Shown: positions 1 to 9,898 of the stretch, one piece after another
How positions within the stretch are numbered: position 1 is the stretch's first letter
How the letters are laid out: every line of letters begins with the position of its first letter
IMG/VR virus record: IMGVR_UViG_3300025131_009806
Location: 1-58,364 of that record
Length of the DNA: 58,364 nucleotides
Direction: 5' to 3' (one strand)
From: a virus
Taxonomy: Duplodnaviria; Caudoviricetes
The notes under the pieces: generated by a model
What the model was told of the DNA's origin: nothing
The model's database searches: none
What the model saw: only the letters and a program-made list of their open reading frames with translations
Program-made: the position numbers and the translations under genes

Positions 1-3000
1 AACGGAGCCACAGGTGTAACTATGTTCGGTGGAGATGTAGTCTTCTCTGGAACGATGTACGCTGATAAGATGGTCGTAGAGCTTGACATGTCAACCACCG
101 GAAGTGTGATGATATCAGGTTCACTCTTTGTATCAAGAAGTGCAACGATAAATCAGGGATTAGAAGTCAATAAGAGTAGTGGTCAAACTTCAGAGCATGA
201 TTTCTATGTGCATACTAACGGATCAGCTGGTGGGTCTTTCTTCAGGGTTGACGTCGACGATGCGGAATACGGATCAGTATTTTTTGGCGATTCAGCAAAG
301 GGTCTAAATGTTCTGCTATACGGCTCAGCCGGTCCGAATTATGTTTATTGGGATCAGAGTGATAATAAGTTTGAAGTTCATGGAGAGCTACTTCAGCAGA
401 GAGGCGATGCCACTTTTAATGAAGCGGCTGGAGACTATGACTTCCGAGCTGAGTCCCAGTCTATTCCAGGTACAATCGTTATCGATTCTGGTACAGACCA
501 GCTCCTTCTCCACTGCTCTGGAACAACAGCGGGAAAGGCGGGCGGTGATCACGCAGGCGCACCCTCTGCTGGATCTGATGTAGCAACATATATCAGCGGA
601 TCAGCTGGATCCAAAAATATAGCAAACACCAAGGGCACGACACTGGTCACTGGAGATCTTGTTATATCTGGCGGCATGGCATTACTCGGCGCCGGTGGGG
701 GCACACTTGAGTTAACTGCTTCAATGATGGATCTCGGCTGGAAACCATCAGATCCAAGTGCTCGAGTCTCTCCGATATTTAGGCTATCTAGTCATAATGA
801 TGAGCAGAAACTGGACGTGCCTCCTGTAGACGTTGGCACCATTGAATTCTGGGGTGGAGATAGTACATATAAAAATGTCGGAGCAAAAATAATAGCTACA
901 CCCGGTGCTTCGTGGATCGCCTCAGATAGATCACCAACAAATATTGAATTCTGGACAAATGATGATACCACGGGTCCCATTAAGCGAAGTATGGAGATCC
1001 ACTATGGTGGAGGAGTCGGAATAGGAGTTGAGGGATCAGGCCCGTCAGAAGTTCTCCATATCAGCGGTACAGCTGCTGGACAAAATGCAGCACTCAGGGT
1101 AGACAGTCCATTTGGAGAAAGTGGAAGAACTGCTTCAAGCAAATATTATGCATATTCTGATAAGTCAACAAATTCTAATAACTACTATGCTTATAAATCT
1201 ACTGGAGCTGTAACTGCCTCAGATATTTCACAATTCAAAAAGTTTGCATTTGATAGAGGTGCTGATGGCAATAACGGATTAGCTACACTCTCCTGGGATG
1301 CACCGTATAAGTCAGAAGGAACTAGCAACTTCGAGCATCTTGATCATCATATCACTTACATCGGTCAGCGAGGAGCTAGCATAGCATTTCTCTCAGCTTT
1401 AGCAGTTGTATCTTCATCATATGGTCTGGGGTATAACTACCCCACAGTAGATCCCGGTGCACAGGTATTAATACTATCTGGAACAACAGATTCTGGAACT
1501 GACATAGTTGATCCTAGAAGATTCACAGATACAAACTTCTTCGTATCTGGATCTCGAGGGACAAGAAATAGCACACTAAGAGGAACATCAGTATTTGGTG
1601 GAGACCTAGTGGTATCTGGAAACACAGAGCTTAAAAGCAGCGTTACTATTAATGAGTCTGCTGCTGATTTTGACTTCCGCGCTGAATCTCAGAATATCCC
1701 TGGAGCCATTGTCATAGATTCCGGTACTGATCAGCTCCTCCTTCACGCTTCAGGTACGATAGCTGCCACCGCAGGCGGTGCTATCGAGGGAGCGGCTGGC
1801 TCCGACGTAGCCACATATATCAGTGGAACAACAGAGTCCCGTGGAATTAGTCGCAGTAAGGGAACTACACTCATCACAGGCGACATGGCACTGAGTGGAA
1901 CAATGCATCTACTGTCAGGTGCAATATTCACAGTAAGTGAGGCACTATCGTGGAACACTGCAGAGAATGTATCTATATTCGGGACTGCTAATTCACTAAA
2001 TCTAAATTCAGATGCATTTCTATATGTCAATGCATCATCAGAAACTAATTTTCAGACAGGCGATGTTAATCTAAATACAACAAATGGTGACTATGACTTT
2101 ACTGTTAGGTCAGGTGAGTCAGGATTAGATGGAATGATCGTCGTAGACGGCGGCACAGATCAGCTTATTCTACATGCATCACAAAGTGTGGCAATATGGG
2201 CCGGCGGCCCAGGAATTCCTGCAGGCACAGATGTTGGCATCTACCTGAGCGGTGCCATCGGTTCAGCAGGTGCGGCAAATAGTAAGGGAGCTGCCTTATT
2301 CACAGGTGATGTCGTCGTGTCTGGATCTCTGTACGGAGGCTACGTCGCCCAGTACGATCAGGAGGTTTTAAAGATTGGCTCTATCCTTCAGATTCAAGGT
2401 TCTAGTTTTTACTTTGATGGAGGGGCAACCGACACCGACACCTCACCTGAAGGAGAAGACATCGTCTTCTCCGTGTCCGGAAGCATCGGTAATAAGGATC
2501 AGCCCTCCTTCGAGGCTAGTGGAGGAACAGCGGTATTCGGCGGTGATCTCGTCGTCTCTGGAAACACATACCTTGCACTACGACAGATAGAAGGCCATGG
2601 TTCTGACCTCGCTAATGTCGGAATAGATGTCAACTTCTTCGTATCCGGATCTGACGGAGGAAAGATAAGCGGTGAGGGCGTCGCAGTCTTCGGAGGAGAT
2701 CTCCAAGTATCGGGTGGTATCTATATAGGTGATCCTGCTGGTTCAGCAAATGCTTCACTTATAGAGACAGATGGCACCGGAAAATTAACAATAGACGGAG
2801 AAAATTACGTTCAGCTCTCTGCTGACTCCGAGGTCATGCTCTTCGCTGGCTACAAGGAGGTATTAACTGCTTATGGCACCGGTGTGGTAGTAAATGAGCT
2901 CGCCCAGGCTGCTGTGGACTTCAGGGTTGAGACTGCCACTAAGGATCACGCTCTCTTCGTTGATGCTGCTCATGATCGTATTTACTTTCTCTCAAGTAGC

Positions 3001-4026
3001 TCTGGAGCAGCTGTAGACATACGAGAAGAGGCCATACTGATACTGTCAGGAGGTAGTCATAATGATCCCATAGGAGATGCACAGAAATACACAGACACAA
3101 ACTTCTTCGTCTCTGGGTCGATCGGTTCAGTAGTTAATGGCTTTGGCGCTGAGCAGGTTGGCAATGGAGATCTGGGCGCAGCAGTCTTTGGCGGAGATGT
3201 GGTTATCTCTGGCACTTTGTTTACCCCGGCATCGACCATTTACGTGGGGGGAGCAAAGCTAGGTTCGACGCCCACCGGTGAGTTTCTCTTCCTCTCAGGC
3301 GGTGCAGCAACAGATCCAGATCCAGCAAATGCTAGTGATGCAAACTTCTTTGTCTCCGGCGCTATTAACTCGATAGGAGGCGAAAATGCTGGAACTGCTG
3401 TCTTTGGTGGTGACATGTTAGTTAGCGGTAACTTGCAGATTCCGGCCGGGCAGAGTATCGTATTCGACAACAAAAACTTCAGAATGGGAAGCAGTAACGG
3501 AAGTGACCTGATGATAACTGCCGGTGGCGAGTTCAGCCTAGAGGCAGATAATTCTAAGATGGCATTTGATGCCGGCTCTGGCCAAGGATTCGATTTTAGA
3601 GGATCATCACAAAACTTCCTAGAGCTCGCTCCTAGTGGTGCACTTAGCTACACATCAGCTGTTGGAACTTTGATGGTCCTATCGGGATCGCAGTCAGGTG
3701 CAACCTCTCCAGATGAGTCAACATATACAGACACATGCTTCTTCGTATCTGGTGCAGTTGGATCGTACGGAACTGGTAATAGAGGAACCGCACTCTTCGG
3801 CGGAGACGTGGTTGTGAGCGGATCATTTTTTCCCGGAGAAGATACTGCATCTAATCTTGGAAGTGAAGATAATCGCTGGGCAAACGTCTACACGGGTGAC
3901 CTTCATCTCAGAAATGAGAAGGGAAGCTGGACAATACAAGAGGATGTTGACAGATTGATAGTTATAAATAACATGACCGGAAAGAGGTACAAGATGGCGC
4001 TCGAGCCACTGGGAGATGAAGAGTAA
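1..4026 (+). CDS. Long repetitive tail-fibre/virion fibre protein (5'-truncated)
   Basis: Frame is open from base 1 (NGATGVT precedes the track's Met and belongs to a repeat). Recurrent DTNFFVSGSxG...GxAVFGGDxVVSG modules. C-terminal LGSEDNRWANVYTGDLHLRNE.GSWTIQE...LIVINNMTGKRYKM resembles the end of marine myophage fibres. Confidence 0.75.
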   Translation, partial: NGATGVTMFGGDVVFSGTMYADKMVVELDMSTTGSVMISGSLFVSRSATINQGLEVNKSSGQTSEHDFYVHTNGSAGGSFFRVDVDDAEYGSVFFGDSAKGLNVLLYGSAGPNYVYWDQSDNKFEVHGELLQQRGDATFNEAAGDYDFRAESQSIPGTIVIDSGTDQLLLHCSGTTAGKAGGDHAGAPSAGSDVATYISGSAGSKNIANTKGTTLVTGDLVISGGMALLGAGGGTLELTASMMDLGWKPSDPSARVSPIFRLSSHNDEQKLDVPPVDVGTIEFWGGDSTYKNVGAKIIATPGASWIASDRSPTNIEFWTNDDTTGPIKRSMEIHYGGGVGIGVEGSGPSEVLHISGTAAGQNAALRVDSPFGESGRTASSKYYAYSDKSTNSNNYYAYKSTGAVTASDISQFKKFAFDRGADGNNGLATLSWDAPYKSEGTSNFEHLDHHITYIGQRGASIAFLSALAVVSSSYGLGYNYPTVDPGAQVLILSGTTDSGTDIVDPRRFTDTNFFVSGSRGTRNSTLRGTSVFGGDLVVSGNTELKSSVTINESAADFDFRAESQNIPGAIVIDSGTDQLLLHASGTIAATAGGAIEGAAGSDVATYISGTTESRGISRSKGTTLITGDMALSGTMHLLSGAIFTVSEALSWNTAENVSIFGTANSLNLNSDAFLYVNASSETNFQTGDVNLNTTNGDYDFTVRSGESGLDGMIVVDGGTDQLILHASQSVAIWAGGPGIPAGTDVGIYLSGAIGSAGAANSKGAALFTGDVVVSGSLYGGYVAQYDQEVLKIGSILQIQGSSFYFDGGATDTDTSPEGEDIVFSVSGSIGNKDQPSFEASGGTAVFGGDLVVSGNTYLALRQIEGHGSDLANVGIDVNFFVSGSDGGKISGEGVAVFGGDLQVSGGIYIGDPAGSANASLIETDGTGKLTIDGENYVQLSADSEVMLFAGYKEVLTAYGTGVVVNELAQAAVDFRVETATKDHALFVDAAHDRIYFLSSSSGAAVDIREEAILILSGGSHNDPIGDAQKYTDTNFFVSGSIGSVVNGFGAEQVGNGDLGAAVFGGDVVISGTLFTPASTIYVGGAKLGSTPTGEFLFLSGGAATDPDPANASDANFFVSGAINSIGGENAGTAVFGGDMLVSGNLQIPAGQSIVFDNKNFRMGSSNGSDLMITAGGEFSLEADNSKMAFDAGSGQGFDFRGSSQNFLELAPSGALSYTSAVGTLMVLSGSQSGATSPDESTYTDTCFFVSGAVGSYGTGNRGTALFGGDVVVSGSFFPGEDTASNLGSEDNRWANVYTGDLHLRNEKGSWTIQEDVDRLIVINNMTGKRYKMALEPLGDEE

Positions 4027-6155
4027 TGGCATTTATAGGTCAATCATTATCGGGCTCTATCGGCCCGCTGTTAATTCAGTCCGGTAGCGGCACAGGCGGC
4101 CAGGTCCTAATACTTTCTGGAGGCGGCGGCGAATCTTATGATGAGTCTACATATACAGACATTAACTTCTTCGTCTCGGGGAGTGTTGGAAAAAAAGACT
4201 CACAGATAATGGGAGTATCTCTCTTCGGCGGAGACCTCCACATATCAGGCAACCTAACAGTAGACGGCACGTCGCCGGAGCCGCCACCGCCGCCGCCGCC
4301 ACCAGACGTGGGATGGTTCGGCATTGCCGATGGTATAATCTTCACAACTGGATCTCTCAATATAGGCACTGCTGGTGATGGAACAAATCCAGATATCAAA
4401 TTTTTCGACGGAGGCTCTGCTACTTTCAATAAGCAGGGCACAGTCGGTGCTTTCGTCGTCACATCACCAGATATACCAGGCTCGATACTGGTAGATGGCT
4501 CAACTAATCAGCTTTTTCTACACTCATCTGGAACAACAGCTACAGAGGCAGGTGGGCAAGATCATCCTGCTGGAACAGATGTAGCAACCTACATAAGTGG
4601 CACAGTTGGATCTGTCGGTGTATCAATGAGCAAGGGAGCAACTCTTATCACAGGAGATACAGTCCTCAGCGGAACTGTCCAGATGCAAGATGGAAAGTCT
4701 CTTGTCTTTAACGGTAGCACGAATACAGCTAAGATAACAAATAACGGATCCAATCTTGATATAAACGCTCCTAGTCTCCTTAATCTTAATGTTGGCTCAT
4801 CAGTAGCTATTGGGGAGCATTCAATAGGAACAGATATCATTCTGTCAGTATCCGGTGCCCTCGGAGGAAAGGCATCACGCAGGGGGGTTTCACTCTTCGC
4901 AGGTGACACATTTATCTCTGGAACACTCATAGTCTCTGGCGCTCAGAGACCAGGAAACGGATATTCTGGTGGGTCCATATCAGGATCAATCCATCACACA
5001 TCACTCGGCTTATCTTATCTAGCTGCTGGTTCTAATGTAACGATCACATCTGCATCTAATGGACAGGTCACGATCGACTCATCAGGAGGGGGAGGAGGAA
5101 TATCATGGTACGGCTCCACAGCTAACGGTGTCGCAACATTTAAGGACGCAGATGAGGCAACCGTAGAAGCAAATCTAACATTCGACGGAACAAACCTTCT
5201 GATCAAAGACCAGGGTCAGATCCAATTTCTTAATGGCGACCAGAGCATCAGTAATGCCGGAACTGATCTATCTATTTTATCTAGTGAAGGTGTGGCCATA
5301 GCAGCAGACGGCGGTGTTCTCAATCTGCAGGGTTCTAATCAAATAAAACTGACAACATCAGGTGGACCAGTTCTGATACTGACAGGTGTGGGTGCATCTA
5401 CAGCGATGTCACCGGACGAGTCAAATTACTCCGATCTAATCTTCTTCGTATCCGGTTCTGCTGGGTCTAAGGACACAGCTAACCCAGGAGTTTCGCTATT
5501 TGGCGGTGACCTCGTGGTCTCCGGTAACACTTACCTTGCGATGAAGAAATCAGGTCCCGGATCTGATCTCGTAGGTGTCGGAACAGACACAAACTTCTTT
5601 GTATCTGGCACAGTTGGATCGTACGGAACTAGCAATAAAGGAACCGCACTCTTCGGCGGAGATGTGGTCATGTCTGGAAGTCTATACGGCGGTGATTATT
5701 CTCAGCATCCGCAGAAGCCGGGAACACGGCTGACAATAAAGTCATCTGTCACCATTAATGCAGCATTATTTGAGTTCACAGGTAATGAAGATGAGGGTCC
5801 AGACGCTGGGAGAGACGCAAGCTTCCTTATCTCTGGTACAATGGATGGTAAGCAGAGTGGTGGCGGAGTAGCAGTTTTCGGAGGTGACACTGTTATCTCT
5901 GGAACCCTGTATGGCGGTGTAATAGATTACGGCGAGGGCGAAATAGAAGAGAAGCTCACAATTGGTACAGCTCTTGAGATTGCAGGTTCTAGATTCTTCT
6001 TTGACGGAGACGATCATGAAAATGAAGAAGCTGCCGCGCCTGACGGCGATGATATTGTATTCTCGGTCTCAGGAAGCATCGGTGGTAAGGGACAAGACGC
6101 ATTCGAGGGAGATGGCGGAGTAGCAGCCTTCGGCGGTGACATGGTGGTATCAGGA
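1..6155 (+). repeat. Dispersed intragenic module repeats shared by both fibre genes
   Basis: Short module near 1528, 2458, 2626, 3094, 3337, 3730, 4158, 4833, 5433, 5586, 5814 and 6051. Long module (NE..D.DFR.ES..IPG.IV.D.GTDQL.LH.SG...DVATYISG..KG.TL.TGD) near 409, 1642, 2065 and 4419. Confidence 0.85.
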
Positions 6156-6278
6156 AGCATCTATGTCTCACCAGAGGACACAGGTGAGGGTTTTGTCCTA
6201 ATCTCTCCAAGCGGAAAATTGTTCAGGATAAATGTAGCTGACAACGGAGATCTCAGCACAACGGATATAACACCATAA
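4026..6278 (+). CDS. Second repetitive tail-fibre protein, paralogue of the upstream fibre
   Basis: Same repeat modules, YLAAGSNVTITSASNGQVTI segment, Gly and Pro linkers, C-terminal VLISPSGKLFRINVADNGDLST; TAATG overlap with the upstream gene. Confidence 0.7.
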   Translation: MAFIGQSLSGSIGPLLIQSGSGTGGQVLILSGGGGESYDESTYTDINFFVSGSVGKKDSQIMGVSLFGGDLHISGNLTVDGTSPEPPPPPPPPDVGWFGIADGIIFTTGSLNIGTAGDGTNPDIKFFDGGSATFNKQGTVGAFVVTSPDIPGSILVDGSTNQLFLHSSGTTATEAGGQDHPAGTDVATYISGTVGSVGVSMSKGATLITGDTVLSGTVQMQDGKSLVFNGSTNTAKITNNGSNLDINAPSLLNLNVGSSVAIGEHSIGTDIILSVSGALGGKASRRGVSLFAGDTFISGTLIVSGAQRPGNGYSGGSISGSIHHTSLGLSYLAAGSNVTITSASNGQVTIDSSGGGGGISWYGSTANGVATFKDADEATVEANLTFDGTNLLIKDQGQIQFLNGDQSISNAGTDLSILSSEGVAIAADGGVLNLQGSNQIKLTTSGGPVLILTGVGASTAMSPDESNYSDLIFFVSGSAGSKDTANPGVSLFGGDLVVSGNTYLAMKKSGPGSDLVGVGTDTNFFVSGTVGSYGTSNKGTALFGGDVVMSGSLYGGDYSQHPQKPGTRLTIKSSVTINAALFEFTGNEDEGPDAGRDASFLISGTMDGKQSGGGVAVFGGDTVISGTLYGGVIDYGEGEIEEKLTIGTALEIAGSRFFFDGDDHENEEAAAPDGDDIVFSVSGSIGGKGQDAFEGDGGVAAFGGDMVVSGSIYVSPEDTGEGFVLISPSGKLFRINVADNGDLSTTDITP

Positions 6279-6287
6279 AATAAGAGG

Positions 6288-6316
6288 TGTACAGATATAG
6301 TCCTCCAGGGTAATAT
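6288..6316 (+). promoter_or_regulatory. Putative sigma70-like promoter at the head of the glycan cluster
   Basis: TGTACA-N17-TAATAT in the intergenic gap, followed by a GGAG RBS and a GTG start. Confidence 0.5.
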
Positions 6317-6343
6317 ACATAAAGATTATTCGGAGAAATTGTC

Positions 6344-8266
6344 GTGTTCACTAGTCCATTTAACACTAATGAGGTCTCTATTCCAGAGAACACTCAGATA
6401 GTTTTTGTATCTGACCTTTTTGTCGAGGATCTCCTCGGCGGAGCTGAGATGACCACTGAGGCCATCGTCAGTAGCTCACCATATAATGTCTTTAAATTGA
6501 GATCTAAGGATGTCAACATGAATACGCTTTCACAGGGACAGGGCTGCTACTGGATTTTTGGAAATTTTTCTGGAATGGACCAACGTCTGATTCCCACCGT
6601 CGTGGCTAACATGAAGTACTCTATAGTAGAGTATGACTATAAGTACTGTCAGCATAGGTCTACAGAAAAACATCTAGCAGTAGAAGGAGAGGCATGTAAC
6701 TGTCACAATGAGAATCACGGAAAGATGATATCTGCATTTTATCACGCAGCTGACTCACTCTGGTGGATGTCTGAGGGCCAGATGAAGAAGTATCACAGTG
6801 TTTTTCCGTTTCTAGCAAGAAATAAAAATACAGTTCTCTCATCTGTTTTTGACAATAGTTTTTTTGAAAAAATTGCATCGCTTTTTAGTAAAAATAATGA
6901 AAATAAAAATGATAAGTGGACAGTCATCGGGTCCACATCCTGGATAAAGGGAACAGATGATGCAGAGGCATACTGCAAGGAAAATGAGTTAGAATATGAT
7001 GTCGTATGGAACTTACCCTATGACGATCTACTTGAGAGACTTTCCCTTTCAAAGGGTCTTGTATTTTTACCTAAGGGAGGTGACACGTGTCCTAGGACTG
7101 TCATCGAGGCAAAGCTCTTAGGGTGCGACCTAATTCTTAATGAAAATGTTCAACACTCAAAAGAGACATGGTTCAACACACCTGACATAAAGGGGACACT
7201 TGATTATCTAATCAGCGCTAGAAAACGATTTTGGACGGGTGTGAGTGATGTCATAAATAAAGCACCAACAATAAGTGGGTACACAACTACAAAGGACTGC
7301 ATAGATCAAAAGTATCCATTTGTATCATCTATAAGATCCCTGATAGGGTTCTGTGACCAAGTCGTCGTCGTAGATGGTGGTTCAACAGATGGAACGTGGG
7401 AACGCCTTCTAGAGCTGCGAGAGACCTATCCAGAGCTGATTATACATCAACAGGGCAGGGACTGGGAGGAAAAAAGATTCGCAGTATTCGATGGGCTTCA
7501 AAAGGCTCTAGCAAGGACACTTTGCACAGGCGAGCTCTGCTGGCAACAGGACTCTGATGAAGTGGTTCATGAGGAAGACTATAAAAAAATTAAAAATTTA
7601 GCGAAGACTCTGACAAAAAATATAGATCTCGTTGCACTTCCAGTTATTGAATTCTGGGGCGGTCCTGAAAAAATTAGAGTGGACATAAATCCCTGGAAGT
7701 GGAGGCTCAGTAGAAATAGACCTCACATAACACACGGTATTCCTGCAGAGCTAAGAAAGTTTGATGATGAAGGAAGGCTTTACTCTAGCCCAGGATCAGA
7801 TGGATGTGATTACATAAGAAGTGACACCTTTGAAAGAATTCCATTTGCAGGATTTTATACAGAGGATGCACATAAGAATAGAGAGCTAGCACTCGCAGGT
7901 GACAATGATGCTCTAGAGAGATATAAGGCATGGTTCGAAGAAATTGCAAATAATCTCCCATCTGTTTATCACTATTCATGGTTTGATATAGATAGAAAGA
8001 TAAAGACATATAAGAACTATTGGTCAAGACACTGGCAGAGCCTATATGATATAGAGCAAGAAGACACAGCTGAAAATAATATGTTCTTTAATAAGCCGTG
8101 GAAGGATGTCACAGAACTAGATATAGAGAGCTTGTCTAAAAGATTATCAGATGATATGGGTGGATGGATTTTTCACCAAAAGATAGACTTTGACAAAAAA
8201 ACACCCTATATAAGATGCGCTACTAAAAACCACCCAGAGATAATAAAAGAGTGGATCAAAAAGTGA
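6344..8266 (+). CDS. Bifunctional glycosyltransferase (GT4-like GT-B + GT2 GT-A fusion)
   Basis: N-half has KG..D and DTCPRTVIEAKLLGC; C-half has VVVVDGGSTDGT and the DSDE DxD motif. Confidence 0.8.
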   Translation: MFTSPFNTNEVSIPENTQIVFVSDLFVEDLLGGAEMTTEAIVSSSPYNVFKLRSKDVNMNTLSQGQGCYWIFGNFSGMDQRLIPTVVANMKYSIVEYDYKYCQHRSTEKHLAVEGEACNCHNENHGKMISAFYHAADSLWWMSEGQMKKYHSVFPFLARNKNTVLSSVFDNSFFEKIASLFSKNNENKNDKWTVIGSTSWIKGTDDAEAYCKENELEYDVVWNLPYDDLLERLSLSKGLVFLPKGGDTCPRTVIEAKLLGCDLILNENVQHSKETWFNTPDIKGTLDYLISARKRFWTGVSDVINKAPTISGYTTTKDCIDQKYPFVSSIRSLIGFCDQVVVVDGGSTDGTWERLLELRETYPELIIHQQGRDWEEKRFAVFDGLQKALARTLCTGELCWQQDSDEVVHEEDYKKIKNLAKTLTKNIDLVALPVIEFWGGPEKIRVDINPWKWRLSRNRPHITHGIPAELRKFDDEGRLYSSPGSDGCDYIRSDTFERIPFAGFYTEDAHKNRELALAGDNDALERYKAWFEEIANNLPSVYHYSWFDIDRKIKTYKNYWSRHWQSLYDIEQEDTAENNMFFNKPWKDVTELDIESLSKRLSDDMGGWIFHQKIDFDKKTPYIRCATKNHPEIIKEWIKK

Positions 8267-8967
8267 AAGTGATTTTTATAGTTCCTTGCTTCAATGCTGA
8301 GAAAAATCTAGATAACTTATTTAAGTCCTTAATCTCTCAAGATGAAGAGGACTGGGTGTGTATTCTTATAGATGATATGTCAGAGGATCACACGGCCAAA
8401 AAAATAATAGAGCTCTCTAGAAATGATAAAAGGTTTCACTGTCACATAAATAGAAGTAAAAAATTTGCATTAAGAAATATTGTTGAAACATCAAGGCTGT
8501 TTCAAGGTATGAGTGATGTTATAATTGCTGTCATCGATGGCGATGATCAACTTTGTAATAATAAGACAATCAGCTTATTAAAGACCGAATATGAAAATGG
8601 TAAAGACGTCGTATGGACAGCCCACAGATGGGATATTAATGAATTAAATATATCAAAAGAGATGCCTATGAATGTAGATCCATATTCGTGGCCGTGGTGT
8701 TCATCACACCTAAGAACATTTTCTTCGACATTGCTTTCTCGCATATCTGATATAAACTTTAAAGATACACTTGGTAATTGGTTTAAAAGAGGGTATGATC
8801 AAGCACTTATGCTTCCCATTTTAAGCCTGACAAAAAATAGAGCGTATATAGATGAGGTTTGTTACAGGTATAATATAAACTCTGTCTCAATTAAAGATAG
8901 ATCATGGGAAGAGAAGGGACAGATTTCTACGATCAATACAGTTAGAGCTAGAGGATTTTTAGAATAG
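8263..8967 (+). CDS. GT2 glycosyltransferase
   Basis: IVPCFNAE, IDDMSED, IDGDD. The GTG at 8263 overlapping the upstream TGA is preferred to 8251. Confidence 0.88.
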   Translation: MKVIFIVPCFNAEKNLDNLFKSLISQDEEDWVCILIDDMSEDHTAKKIIELSRNDKRFHCHINRSKKFALRNIVETSRLFQGMSDVIIAVIDGDDQLCNNKTISLLKTEYENGKDVVWTAHRWDINELNISKEMPMNVDPYSWPWCSSHLRTFSSTLLSRISDINFKDTLGNWFKRGYDQALMLPILSLTKNRAYIDEVCYRYNINSVSIKDRSWEEKGQISTINTVRARGFLE

Positions 8968-8983
8968 ATGGCCAGGAGTTCAA

Positions 8984-9898
8984 GTGAGAATATTTCTTGA
9001 TAATGTAAACCTAGAGTCAACCTCAGGGCCTAATAGCTTTGCAAAGAAGATATCAGGTGAATTAAGAAAAGAACATGAGGTGTACACTTCAATTAATGAC
9101 CTAATAGATGAAAAGAAAAGACCCGAGGTTCAACTGTCTTTTATATCTTCTAACTATCAATTAGCACCCATTGTTCAAAGGCTAGACGGAATATACTTTA
9201 ACTCTGAGCAAGCCTTCAATGAATTAAACCTCCCAATCGAGGCAACATATCAGACAGCTAGTGCAGTAATCTTTCAGTCAGATTTCAATAAAAAATTAAC
9301 TGAAAAATATTTTGGAAAGAAAGAAAATTCTTTTGTAATCAGAAATGGTACATCATTAAAAAAAATATCTGATGCTCCAGAGATAAATCATCCCGTAATT
9401 GATGATTTTGAAGATGTTTGGATGTGTGCATCATCTTGGCGTCCCCACAAGCGACTACAAGAAAATATTAACTATTTTTTGGAATATTCCAAAAAAAAAG
9501 ACTGTCTAATCATTGCAGGAGAAAATCCAGACGTCAGAGTTGCTGATCCCAGAGTTTTCTATGCTGGACATCTTTCTTGGATTGACATGATATCATTAAT
9601 GAAGAGATCATCCTATTTTTTACATTTAGCGTGGCTTGATCATTGTCCAAATGTTGTAGTAGATGCAAGAGCAGCAGGATGTCACATCATCTGTTCTTCA
9701 ACAGGGGGAACTAAAGAGATAGCTGGATTAAGGTCTACTATAATTCTTGAAGATGACTGGGATTATTCACCAGTAAGACTATATGAGCCACCCAAGATGA
9801 ACTTTAATCAAAAAATAGAAAATACTTTTGAGTCTGATATCGAAATTAAAAATGTTACACAAGAATATATCAGCGTATTTGAGAGTGTTAAGCTATGA
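8984..9898 (+). CDS. GT4 glycosyltransferase
   Basis: SGPNSF, VIFQSDF, IRNG, RPHKR, DHCPNVVVDARAAG, GGTKEI. Confidence 0.85.
   Translation: MRIFLDNVNLESTSGPNSFAKKISGELRKEHEVYTSINDLIDEKKRPEVQLSFISSNYQLAPIVQRLDGIYFNSEQAFNELNLPIEATYQTASAVIFQSDFNKKLTEKYFGKKENSFVIRNGTSLKKISDAPEINHPVIDDFEDVWMCASSWRPHKRLQENINYFLEYSKKKDCLIIAGENPDVRVADPRVFYAGHLSWIDMISLMKRSSYFLHLAWLDHCPNVVVDARAAGCHIICSSTGGTKEIAGLRSTIILEDDWDYSPVRLYEPPKMNFNQKIENTFESDIEIKNVTQEYISVFESVKL

Noticed and set aside
3755-5662. Near-identical repeat pair as a DGR template/variable region
   Set aside because: Both copies are inside coding modules, the mismatches are not confined to adenines, and there is no reverse transcriptase in the window.
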